Shown: positions 39,638 through 51,600 of the stretch, one piece after another
Numbering within the stretch: position 1 is the stretch's first letter
Layout: each line of letters opens with the position of its first letter
Assembly (NCBI GenBank): GCA_039621445.1
Contig: CP154954.1
Span: 48,959,847-49,023,846, forward strand
Source of the DNA: Euglena gracilis
Lineage: Eukaryota
Direction: 5' to 3'
DNA: 64,000 nt
The notes under the pieces: generated by a model
Told to the model about the DNA's origin: nothing
The model's database searches: none
What the model saw: only the letters and a program-made list of their open reading frames with translations
Position numbers and translations under genes: made by a program

Positions 39638-40146
39638 GAAGCACCCCCCGCGCACGCACAAACACACCAGAACAGAACAGCCGGCAAGGAAAGCAGGACC
39701 TCACCATCTTCTTGTGCTTCGCCCTCTTGGTCCCTTCCTCCCCCTTCCTGTGTCGTGGGAGTCCGACAACCTCTTCTTAATCGGGCCACAGCGGCAAAGG
39801 CCACCCCCCCGGCGCAGATAAGTTTTCAAGAGCGGACGGGGGGGAAGCCCATCTCTGGGGGAAATTTTCCAAGGATCTGAAAATTTTTCTGCCGCAGAGT
39901 GCGGATGGAAATTTTTGGCCTCGGGAGCATAAACGAAGCAACAATAAATTCAGACAGCCAAGCGTGGCCCAAATTGTAAAATGCAGCCCGACCTGGCCAA
40001 AAGCGGGGGAAATTGTTTCAATATGGCCCATAAAAAGGCCAAACGTTGCCGATTGGAACAAGACAGGAAAACGCTCTCAACTTCAGGCGGAGTGCTGGCG
40101 GAAACTTGTGGAAACTGGTGTTTGTACTTCGCCTCGGTGTCCCGTC

Positions 40147-40542
40147 CAGGGTGCGATATATAAGGAGAGGAGGGGGGTGGGTGGTCCGGCCCCCCCCCCC
40201 CTGCGGACCAGGGGGGGCCCCCCCCCCCCCCAGGCGCGGTCAGGGTGACCAATTTCGGCCCGGCGCGAAGCGCCGGGCCGAAAATTTTTAACCCCCCAAT
40301 TCGACCCAAAGTGCCTTTTTGGGCAAAAATTGGCCAAAAATGCAAAAAAAAATTTCGGCGCAAAGCGCCGGAGGAAAAAATTGCCCCTTTTTGGGGGGGG
40401 GGTCCCGGGTACCCCCCCCAGGGTCGGTCCGGAACCCCTTGCAGGTGGGGGGGGGGGGGGTCCGGCCCCCACTGAGGGGAAGGAGGGGGGGGGGGACACC
40501 CCCCCACCTAAACCATGTACGCCCTCCTTATATCGAACCCTG
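40147..40542. mobile_element. hAT-like MITE
   Basis: TIR CAGGGTGCGATATATAAGG/CCTTATATCGAACCCTG; perfect 8-bp TSD GTCCCGTC (40139-40146, 40543-40550). Confidence 0.9.
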
Positions 40543-43084
40543 GTCCCGTCTTGTTGCCTGGGGGGGGGGGGCGATTTGGCCAGGGGAAAATGGCCTGGTG
40601 GGGGCGGTGGTCGACCCCCCCCCAAAAAACGAGGAATTTGGCCGGGGAATTTTGATGATTTTTTTTCAAGGATGAACCCAAAATACATCTTTTTTTTTGG
40701 AAAACCACATTTGTTCACAAAAAAAACTTCAAAAATTCCAAGTTCAAAAAAAAATCATCAAAGTTCTGAGAAAATGTTGAAATTTTGGAAGGTGTGAAAA
40801 AAATAGGGTTTTGGGGGGTTTGGGGGGGTTTTGGGGGGGAGACCTCCTGTACGGCGCCTTTGGCGCCGGGAAAATTTTTGGGGCCCAAAAACTGGTGCCA
40901 GCAGAAAACCGGGAAGAAGTGGTGCCCCCCCCCACCCACCATGTAGGGGGTGAGAGGAGGGGGGGTCGACCCCCTCCCACCACCCTGGCTGTTTGGCCGA
41001 TTCCTGTTCTGCCCTGCAGGCGGCGGGGGCGGGCGGCGATGCACCCCGCCAAGCAGGTACGGGGGGGGGGGGGGGGGGGGGGTGACTCCCCCCTCTTGAA
41101 CCCCGGACACCCGCCGTATATCAAACCCTGCCCTCGGGGGCACCCCTGTCTTTGGCCAACTCTGGTTTGCCTGACAGCAGGCAATTTTGGGGGCATTCTG
41201 ATGCAGAACCTTGGGGTGGAAATAAAGCTGGCTTCTCCCTGTCAATGTTGCATCTCGGTTTTCGCACCTCTGACAATTGCAGGGAGTCGCTAATGCCCAT
41301 GCGAACCAGTGTGATTTTGTTGATTGATTATGGTGATTGATTAAGCCAGCCCAAAATACAGCTACGATACGGTGTGCCTGGGGAGGGGCAGTGAGTTGAC
41401 TTGCTCAATTTGTTTGACTTGCAATGCAACTCGAACATATCAAATGAAAAAAAAAATCAATATCAATACCAAAATCAAAATCAAAATACCAATACATGAT
41501 AAAATTGAAATACATAATCCAAAATGCTATACAGATGGGCGTTGCGTGCTCCGATTGTCAGAACGCTGGGTTAGGATGTACAAGCACTGGAGTTGAGCAG
41601 GGTGAGGAAAGATGATGGTGGAGCTCACATAAGAAGGCTGAGAGGGCCCTGTCCGAAGCACAAAAAACAAATAAATGTGCACGACAAATGAACTGTCACA
41701 GTTGATCCAACTGACCAATAATAACGACCTTGCAAAATGCCAGCGTTGCAGCCTTGGTGCTTGTGGCTGCTGGAAAAAAAGCACAATTAAGCTGACTTTT
41801 CAGGCTTCTGTCGGACAAAAACTTTGCCTCAGAAAGTTCGTTGAGGCCCCCTGGACGTTCCTGGGCTGGCCAGAAATTTGGTTTAATAAGCGAGCTCCCC
41901 GAACTGTACTGAGTGGGGGGGGAGGGTCCCGGGAAAAATTTGGGGTATAAAAGCGCGTCACTTCCTTCACTGCCTTCACTTCCTGGCACAAAAAGTGCCG
42001 GGGAAGAAATTTTTGTGGTTCCTGGGGTCAGACCCCCCTCCCTCCCTGTAAGGGGGGTCGTGGGTGGGTGGGTGGGTTTTCCGGGCCCAGGAAAAAGTGC
42101 CTCCCAGGGGCCACGAAGTGAAGCTATGGTCTGGATGGTCTGAAAATGCGATTTTGAGTCAGTTTTTGAAGCCCCTGGCAGGGGGATCGACCGTATCCTT
42201 CCGGGGGGGGGATAGATACATAGACACCTGTGGGATACCCAGGGGGGGGGTTTCGAGAGTTGGTGGGTGGGTTGGGTCTGCAACCCCCAGGGCGGTGGGG
42301 TGCGCCATGGGACAGTCTTTTGCCTCATTGAAGGCCGGGCCGGAAATTTTTTCCAATGAATTCGGTCGACTTTGGCTGGGGGGGTGGGGGGGTGGGTGGG
42401 TTGACAAAGTACATGCAGAAAAACCTTTAACCCTGGGGGGGGGTAAGGTATCAAATGAACAGATAGAAAAAACATAAGATTTCTGGCGCAAAGCGCCAGG
42501 GAAATAAACACCTTTGGTTCCACAGGGGGTGGTCTCCGGACGCCCCCTCTCCGGAGGGGAGGGTGCTATAGGGGTGGGTGCTATAGGGTGCCTGCCCCTA
42601 GCAGGCACACCCCCCGGGGGGGGTCCGGGGGGGACCCAAAAAAATTTCATTGAAAATGGCCTTGCCGGGGTTGGAGGGGGGTGCCTGCTAGGAGCAGGCA
42701 CCCCCCAAAACCCTACCCCCCAGGGGTCCCCCGGTCCCCCCGGCAGGGGGGGGGGGTCGGATCGGGTGCTATGGGGTGCCTGCCCCTAGCACCCCCCCCC
42801 CCCGTGGGGTAGGCACCCGACTCAGCACAAGCCTGGGCTGGACCCCAGCGGCACTTGAGTTGTGTGGAAGCTGAAATTGCACAAAAATGCCAAAAAATGT
42901 TCTTCAAAAAAGAGCATCTGGCCACCAAAAACCCCTCCTGCAAGCCCACAAAAACGCTCTCTGACACTTTTTCCAAAAGAAATCTCCACTGGGGCAAAAA
43001 AAGGCATTTCGCAATTTTCAAAGAACTGCAACAAGACAGGAGTCACCACAGGAGTGGAAATCAAGTGTTAAGTCTACAGAGGGA

Positions 43085-46000
43085 ATCACATGAAATCGAC
43101 TTCTGCTCCATTGAAGGAGGTTATGGCCGACGACGTTACGATGGGGAGGCAGGTGGCGAACCATGCACATCCGGCCAACGCACCATGTTGGGTGGTGGCG
43201 GACAGCTGGGTTGTTGACTGCATTCATTCGGAGGAACCACCATTGAAGAGACGCAGCTCCATGCACAACGTGTAGCCACAAAAAATCCTGTGTTCACCTC
43301 AGCCTCAATCAGTTCCTTTTTGGTTTGATCTAGAACCCAATGTGTTGCCTCCGGATGTGTATGGGACAGGAAAATGATATTCCCTGTCCCCAACGTTTTT
43401 ATTTTTTGACTTTCCAAAGAAAAACAGGCAAAATAAAATCTGGATTTTTTCAGTTGCGTTTAAGAAGGCATGGTTGAAGCTGACCAAGCCTGGGGGAAGG
43501 AGGTGTGGAAGACCCATCGGGTGCGGTCAAAACACAAAGTCCGTGGGCCCGGGGCTGAGACAAAAATGGTTGGTTTTTTTCCCGCCTCCTGGCGCGCTTG
43601 CCGCTGGGGTGCCCACAACACGCTTCTGGGTTTGAGGTGAGCCGGGGCCCCGGGGGCCCCAAACATTGTTGGCCAATCCGCTTGCCCTCAATTCAACCCC
43701 GACCCCACAGAAAACCCACCACCATTTTGTCGTCGGAAATGTCTCATCTGCCATCTCATTGGTTTTCTCATCTGTGGACTTCACTTCCTTTCCTCACATG
43801 GAAGCTGTCTCCGAACAGGAAGGAGAACAGGTCAAGACTTCAGGGAGGGCCATGTGCTCGGGGAGACGGTTTGAATCCGAACCAGGCCCACAACAGCCCC
43901 TGGCGCGGAACGTTCGATGGGAGAGGGTGCTGTGGCCGTCGGGAGGCAGAGTGCAAACAGCGGTCAGCCCCTCACTCCACCACAGTGCTGCTGTCTCCGG
44001 CGGGATGGCCAATGACCTCGAACGTCAGGACATTGTCGCTCATCAGGTAGTCAGCTTGCTCCGATGTCAGATCGCTCCACGCGAACCGTTTTTTGAAATC
44101 GAACTCGGGGTCAGCCCCGGACAAATGCCACAACCACATCTTGAGGGGGGGGGGTGCGCTAGCCCGGCCACAGAAAAAAATGCGCAAAATGTGTTGATCT
44201 GAGAGGAAACCCGCAAATAAAACACAAAAAAGTACCCAAAAACATGCAACATGGCACCAAATTTACAAGAAATATATGGAATTGTAAGAAAAATGTGACA
44301 CAACAATTCAAATTTTTTTTCAAAAAAAAACAGTCAAAAATGCGAAAAATTGAGTGAAATACGAAAGATGTGCCAGAAAACAAAAAAAAAATGCGGCAAA
44401 AAAAAATGGAAAAATGCGCAAAAAATGCGAAACCAAAATGTGAAACTCATTCCACCCCTTGCATTTTGAGGGACAGAAATGCAAAAAAAAGGTTGGACAA
44501 ATTCGCTGGCTGCAGGACGGTCCTTAACGGGGGAAAAAACTCCCGTCCCAGCACATTTAATGAAAAATTCACACAAAAAATGGACGAAAAAATGGTCATA
44601 CTTTGACCCCCCCCCCCAAAACGGGTCAACTTCGGGGGAAAAAGTGATTTCTAGCATCCTTGGACCATCGCCCATCCACCCAAAGCGCCAAAATCTGACC
44701 ATGGCGCAGCCCAACCCGGGGGGGGGGGGTCCAGCGGTCGCAACCCACCCACCCACTCTCGAATCACCCACCACCCCCACCCTCCCCCCCCAATGTCCAA
44801 TGACCGGTAACCTCTGTCCTCTGACCGGGGGGGGGGGGGCGGTCGTTGGACATAGGGTACTGACCAAAAAGGTGTCCTCTGACCGGGGGGGTAGTCGTTG
44901 GACACGGGGTCGGGAAAAAAAGTTTGCCGAAACCTCCCCAAACAGGTCAAAATTTTCCTTCTGGCGCTTCGCGCCTCCATTTCCAGCCCTGTCAACAAAT
45001 ATTTACTCAAATAGCACCCAAAACTGACATCCTTGACAAGGGCGGAAGAAAAGCCTTTCAGGGCTGGCAAACCTCTGGTTTTCACACACCTGCAAAAAAA
45101 AACATTCAAACCTCCGAAAAGGTGTCCTCTGACCGGGGGGGTGGTCGTTGGACATAGGGGGGTCGTTGGACATGGGGGGGGTAGTTGGACTAAGGCTTCT
45201 TGTCTGTTTATAGCCGGCGCTAACTTTCGCTTCTGGCCCAGTTTGTGTGGTGAGAATCACCCCAGAAATGGTTGCCCAAAAGCGGCCGAAACGTAAAAAA
45301 TTCTGTTGCACAATGCCAAAAAGGATGGGGGACAGCCCCCATCCTAACGCCATGACACCCTTCTTGTATCCAACACCTGTGAATCCAGCTTTTCCGGCCT
45401 ACGGCGCCACAAAGGCATTTGTCCAGCCACATGTGTCCTGTTTGATGTCGCTCTGAAACACCTGCCGCTCCTTGTACTTGAAGACGTACTTGCAGTACAC
45501 CCGGGAGCTGTACTGCTGCGGCAGGTTCTTGGCGGAGATCACATGGACCACCAGGTCCCGGGCAGGGGGCAGGCTGCGGCATATGCCGCGGCAACTGTCG
45601 TGAACGCAGGGATGGGTTGAGGGACCAGAGGACAATGTCAACACTTTGCACCAGAAATAAAAAAGAAATCACATTCTCCCGCCGACCAGCCATTTACAAG
45701 GAGGTTGCCTTTGGTGGCAGGGGGGGGGGGCGCACCCGCCCCAGGGGTGGGTGGGCAGGTGGGTGTGGCTGTGGGTGGTGGGTTGCGCGTGCGTGCGTGC
45801 GTGCGTGTGTGTGTGTGTTGTGTTTGTGTTTCTGTGTTGTGTGCGTGTTTTGCGTGTATTGTGTGAGTGTGCGTGTATGTGAGATGCGTGTGTATTGTGC
45901 ATCATATGTGTGTTTGCGTGTGTGTGTGTGTGTGTGCGTGCGTGTTGTGTGTTGTGTGTTGTGTGTTGTGCGTTGTGTGTGTATGTGTGTTGTGTGTGTA

Positions 46001-47168
46001 TGTGTGTTGTGTGGTGTGAGTTGTGCGTTGTGTGTGTGCATGTGTGTTGTGCCCATACCATTGCTTAACGACCCCGGGGGGGGGGGTCACTTTCCATTCT
46101 GAAAAAACCAGTCAGTCACTTTTTCAACAAAAAAAACCAGTCAATCACTTTATTCCCCTGGGGGGGATCGGCCACTCTTGAATAATGAGGAAGAGGCAAT
46201 GAACATTTGCCAAAAAGTCTCAAAAAATCCAAAAAAAAAATCCGCGCCTTTGGCGGCAGGCCGGCCACTGTTTCATTTTCGGGCCTACCCCACACCCCCA
46301 CCGGGGGGGGGGGGTTCTTGGCCAGAAAACCAGTCAGTCACTCTGAAAAAAATCAGTCAGTCACCCCCCCAGGGGTGGGGTGGGACAGGTGTGGAGCAAT
46401 GAATGGTATGGTTGTGTCTGTTGTGTGTGTATGCGTGTTGTGTGTATTCTGTCTTTTTACCAACCCCAGAGGGGTCCGGAGTGCCCTTGAGTGCCTGCCC
46501 AGGCAGGCACTACCCCCCCCCCCGGGGGAGGTCGGATTTCGGCCTGTGCCCAGGAACTTTCCTCGGAAAATAGGCCATTTTCCTAGAAAATAAACCCCCC
46601 CTCCCCAATGGAAGCGCAGGTGCGCACATGGCGGACTGCCGACTCTGGCGGCGGGGGGTGCGCTTCTATTTAGACCCTTCCTGCCCGATTTTTTGTTTAT
46701 TTCCTTTAAAATCTCATCAAAATGGGGGGTGCGCTTGTAGTGGACCGCGCCTTCGACGGTGGGGGGTGCGCTTTTACCCCCCCCCCCCCCCCCCCCCCCC
46801 CCCTCCCCCCCCCCCCTAGTCGTTATAATGACCGCGGTTCCTGCACACTGTGACCGGGGGGGGTGGTCATAACACCCCCATGATTTTGTGTTTGAACCTG
46901 CAACCTTCTGTGACGGGTGGGGTGGTCATAGATGAGAGGGTGGTCGTAGAAGCGTGTGAAAAGTGTCCCAAAATGGCATTTTTTACCCCCCAAAATGTCC
47001 CATTTTTCAAAAATCCGGCGCTTCGCGCCGGCAGGGGGAACCTTATTTTTGGGGGGTCGCTGAGCTCTTATCTCTTTAGAGTAAGAGCGAAGCTTACCAC
47101 CCCGGCGACGGGGGGGTCCGACCCCCCCCCGCCCCCCCGCCCCCCCGCCCCCCCCCCCCCCCCCCCCG

Positions 47169-47208
<40 letters not shown>

Positions 47209-48571
47209 GGCAATGGCCCCCGAGGATTATCGATGTGATTGGATTTCCGGGCCCCCAAAGTGAATAGCCTATAGGTTAGGAGATGTTCCCTAGTTTCTCC
47301 AGAGCCCTCACTTTGCCCGCAACTCCCCGCCAGTCCGGAGATATGGCCCGAGCAAAAAAGTTGTCTACCGTTTTTTTTCCAAAGAAATTTTGTTGGACCG
47401 GCAAAAGGGGTCATTTTTGGGGTCAAAAAATCGAAAAATTCAAAATATCTCGAAAACGCCGGGGAGTTGAGGAAAACTAAAGAGTACCTCATTCCACAAC
47501 TTTGGGACGCCCTATCCACCGGTATTCGCAGTTTGGGCCAACTCCCCGCCTAGCCCGAGATATGGCCGTTTTTCGGTCCAAATGGCCGTTTTGCGCACTT
47601 TTCCCACTGTCCGACTTAGCCGTTTTCGGGCCAAAAAGTCGAAAAAAATCGAAAAAAATTTTTTCGCCCAAAACCATGTTTTTTGGCCTCCCGGACCCGG
47701 AAAAAGTGTTTTTGAGCTGAAAATGAGCGTTTTTCGACCCGCCAGCGCCCCGTTTTGGTTCGCCAACCCATTGACTTTGGGTCAAAACTGGGTCAAAAAA
47801 GTCGAAAAAAATCGAAAAAAAATTTTCGCCCAAAACCATGTTTTTTGGCCTCCCGGACCCGGAAAAAGCGTTTTTGAGCTGAAAATGAGCGTTTTTCGAC
47901 CCGCCAGGGCCCCTTTTTGGGCCGCCAACCCATTGATTTTGGGTCAAAACCGGGTCAAAAAAGTCGAAAAATATCGAAAAAAAAGTTTCGCCCAAAACCA
48001 TGTTTTTGAGCCTCCTGGACCCGGAAAACATGTTTTTGAGCTGAAAATGAGCGTTTTTCGCCGGCCGAGCCGGAATGGTCCCCCAAAGAGCTCAGCTCTA
48101 CGTCACACCCTGGTCCATTTCATGGATTTTTGCACGGACCGGCCAGTGGGGGGACTTATTTTGGGGTTAAATTTTTTTTGCAACCTGCAACCTGTGACCG
48201 GGGGGGTGGTCATAACACCCCCATGACCTGCAACCTGTGACCGGGGGGTGGTCATAGATGAGGGGTGGTCGTACGACTAGGGGGGGGGGGTACTTGGACC
48301 CTGCGCTTGAAGCGGCCCCGCGCTTCTATTGGGGGGGGGGCGGGTTAAGGCCTTTTTTGAGCCTTCCAGCGCCTTTGGTGCCGGAATGCCTGCTAGGCAC
48401 TTTTGGCCGAGTGCCCTACCCCCCCCCCCCCTGGGTGGGGTCGGCACCCGACTAAAATACAGCCTGATTGTGTGTGTATTGTGCATTTGGGTGTGAACCC
48501 CAGGTTATTGTCACGCGCGCGCACACAAACACAACACATGCATGCACGCACACAACACACAACGTGTAACG

Positions 48572-48624
<53 letters not shown>

Positions 48625-51600
48625 ACAAGCACCCACCCACCCAGCGTCACGGAAACTCCACCGCCTGCCGCCTGGACCAGCCGCTTCCCCAGCAGCGCGG
48701 CGAGCCCCTCCTCCACTGTCTCGTACTCGATGTGCCCACGCTCCTTGTCCACCACCGGGAACGTGTTCACCATCAGTGCCGCCCCGTCGTTCTCCAGGTT
48801 GTCCGTTGGCCGGGAGGGCCGGGCCTCTGGGGGGGGGGGGGGAAGGGTCGGGCTGTGGTGTGGCATGGATGCCCGGCCTGGCCAGGCCCGGCCCTCGGCA
48901 TGAGGGGCAGCGTGTTGTAGCTGCTCACCTGCTGGATGATGTTGCGGAGGCTGAGCTTGGCGCGGCCCACAAACAGCGGGGCCCCCTTCTCCAGCGGCCG
49001 GGCGGGCCGGCCCAGCCGCAGGGCGCTGCGCCGGGGGGGGGGGGCTCCACAGCCCCGCCCCACCGCCAGTACAGCCCCGGCAGAAATCCGCTCAATGAGG
49101 ACACAACTTAGCTCGAGTACAGGCAACCCACCATTTTTTCCATCAGATCAATTTTTTTTGGAAAATTTTCAAACAAAATGAGTGTTTTATGACCATTTTG
49201 ATTTTGAAAAAAATGTTCATGTTCCAACCGGACCCCGGAGGACCACTTAGGGGGGGGGGTCATTTGAGGGGGGTCGTGGTATTTTCTGGGATGCAACCCC
49301 CCAAAAAACATTTTAGTGAAATTAGCCATTACATAGGACAAGTTGGAGGGACCCCACACATGTGGGGGTCATGTGGACATGAGCCGTTGATCTTTCATCT
49401 TTCGATCTGGATGCTCCCTTTCCAGGAACCATTCCCCAGCATTTGGCTTCTCTGGCTGTGCCTTCATCCTGCACTGCGTGCCGCCCCGCAAGCCCAATGA
49501 ACGCTAAAATGACAATCTCCACGGGGCATAGGCTGCGCGGGCATTTGAACGGCTGTAAAAAGTGACAAGCTGGACGGTCCCGACATCCCCCTGTTCATTG
49601 GGCAAGGGAGTTCATTGGACATGGGGGGGGGGTAGCTGTGTTTGTGGCCACCAAGCCTGCCAGACCTGGTCAGCAGGCCTGCTTGGGGGGTCAGTTGGGG
49701 TTTTCCACAATGCAAAGTTGGCCCAGCGGGTAGCTGTAACGTGGCACCCAGTGTGTGTGCCAGATAAAGTGAGGGCAGCCTTCCACTATCCGGCCCGCGG
49801 GTTGTTAAATACTTCCAGGGGTGGGGGATGGTGGGACCCGGGGCCCGCTTTTCGACTTTTCGGTCCCACGGCGCAGGGAAACCGCGCGGATTCCGGGCCA
49901 CCGGCGGCGGATCCGGGGAGGGTTCCCCCTGAATTTTGGGAATAGCATTAGGGTGAGGATTGGCCCAAAATTGGGACTTTTTGGGGACCAAGTTCGGCCG
50001 GTTCCATTCTGGGAAGGATTTTGGAATCGCATGTTTCCGCCAAAAATGCCCAAAATCGACCCAAATTCCCCCAAAGTTCGTCCGCAATCTGGCCGAACTT
50101 TTCCCTAAAGTCCCCAACGGGGGAATCCTCCGGGAATCCGGTCGTGCACCTAACCCTATTCCAAAAAATAACCCTTAATTTTCCCGACAGTCGGACCCGG
50201 GTTTCACCATCCCCCCCCCCCTTGGAAGTACTTAACGACCCGCGGGCCGGATAGTGGGAGGCTGCCAAAGTTTGATTGTTGCAAGGGGAACCAACTCCTG
50301 CGGTGGGGGTCAGTCTTTTTCTCGCCCTGGACCCCTGACCTGCGACTTGAAATCCTGTGACTTGAACTCCTCTTGTCGGCTGCACGACGTGAAACGCGCA
50401 GCCGAAAGTTGGCCAAAAAAATGTTTTTTTTCCTGCCTCGGTCGAATTTTCATCATGATTTGATGTGGATTTTGATGATAATTAATTTGGACTCATTGCA
50501 ATTTTGAACCTTTGCAGGTTCAATTTCCGAGGTTGCTTGGGGGAGGCGGGTTGGAAAACAATTCGGCCCCTCGCGCCGAACACACACGTGCAACCCCCGC
50601 CCGCGCCCTGGCCTCCAGTTGGGCCTTCAGCGCCTCCACCTCCTCCCGCAGCGTCTGGATCTGCTTCGCCCGCTCCTGCAGCTCCATCTGCTGCTGCTTC
50701 GACTTCTCCTTCTCGGTGTGGTGCCGCCACGACACAGCCCGGCGTTGGGGGGGGACAGAAGTGGCACATTCAAGCCCAAGGGGGAGGCAAAATGTGGTGG
50801 GGGTGAGACTCTCAGGGTTGCAGCATGCCGAGGGGAAGATGAGTGGGTAGGACCTGGCAAGTCAATATCGAACGTCCCCTTGCCCCCCCAGGGTCCCCAG
50901 GCCCCACTTTTGAGGGGTTAACTTCTGGGGTCCAAAAAAGTTTTCGACGCTTTGCGCCGAAAGTTGAGCCCCCTCTCCTTGTCGTTGGCACCAGGGAATT
51001 TCTTAAAGCCCCCCCCCTGGGGGGTCCAGCCTCCGCCTGGGAAAAAGGGCTGCTGGGTGGAAATGGGCTGGGGGGTGGCCCCCCCCCCCCCCGGGGGTGG
51101 GGGGAGGGGGGGTCCAGGCTGGGCTAGGTCGACGAAAACCAAAATTTTCTAACTCATTTTTGCCATTTTCGACATTTTGATGGATGGAGCTAGATCAATG
51201 CTGGGGGGCTGTGATGGAGGAAGCAGTGGTGAGGGGGAAAAATGCATGGATATGTGAGCTGGGCAGGCCAGTTGGCTGGGCGAGCCTGCGGCCGGCTGGC
51301 CCGGCCTCTGGCCGGGCTGGACCCGACTTTATTTCACTCGGCCCCCCCGGGGAGGGGGCTCCCAGCCCGAATTTGGGCTGCTGGCTGGATTTGAGCTGCT
51401 GGCTGGCTGGACCCCCACCCCCCGGGGGGGGGGGGTAGGGTGCCCTCCGGCTTAAGAAATTCCGTGGTTGGCACGCCAATGTTCCAGGAAAGTGTCATTG
51501 ACACCGGGGTGGGGGGTCAACGACATAGCCGTGCCAACGGCATAATCCCATTAAAAAAAAACAGACCACACCAGCAAATGGCCTCCATGATTGTACTATT

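Larger units (their letters stand above)
26554..39767 (+). mobile_element. DIRS1-type tyrosine-recombinase retrotransposon (~4.6 kb once the LTR insert is removed)
   Basis: Inverted terminal repeats (~26578-26677 vs ~39610-39710). Internal complementary region 39293-39394 is complementary to both the left terminus and the right-end extension. RT/RNaseH/methyltransferase ORF plus overlapping YR ORF. Confidence 0.95.

Noticed and set aside
47634-48061. 163-bp repeats and their 180-214 aa ORFs as a repeat protein or array
   Set aside because: Intronic tandem repeat inside a nested element; the ORFs have no coding signature.
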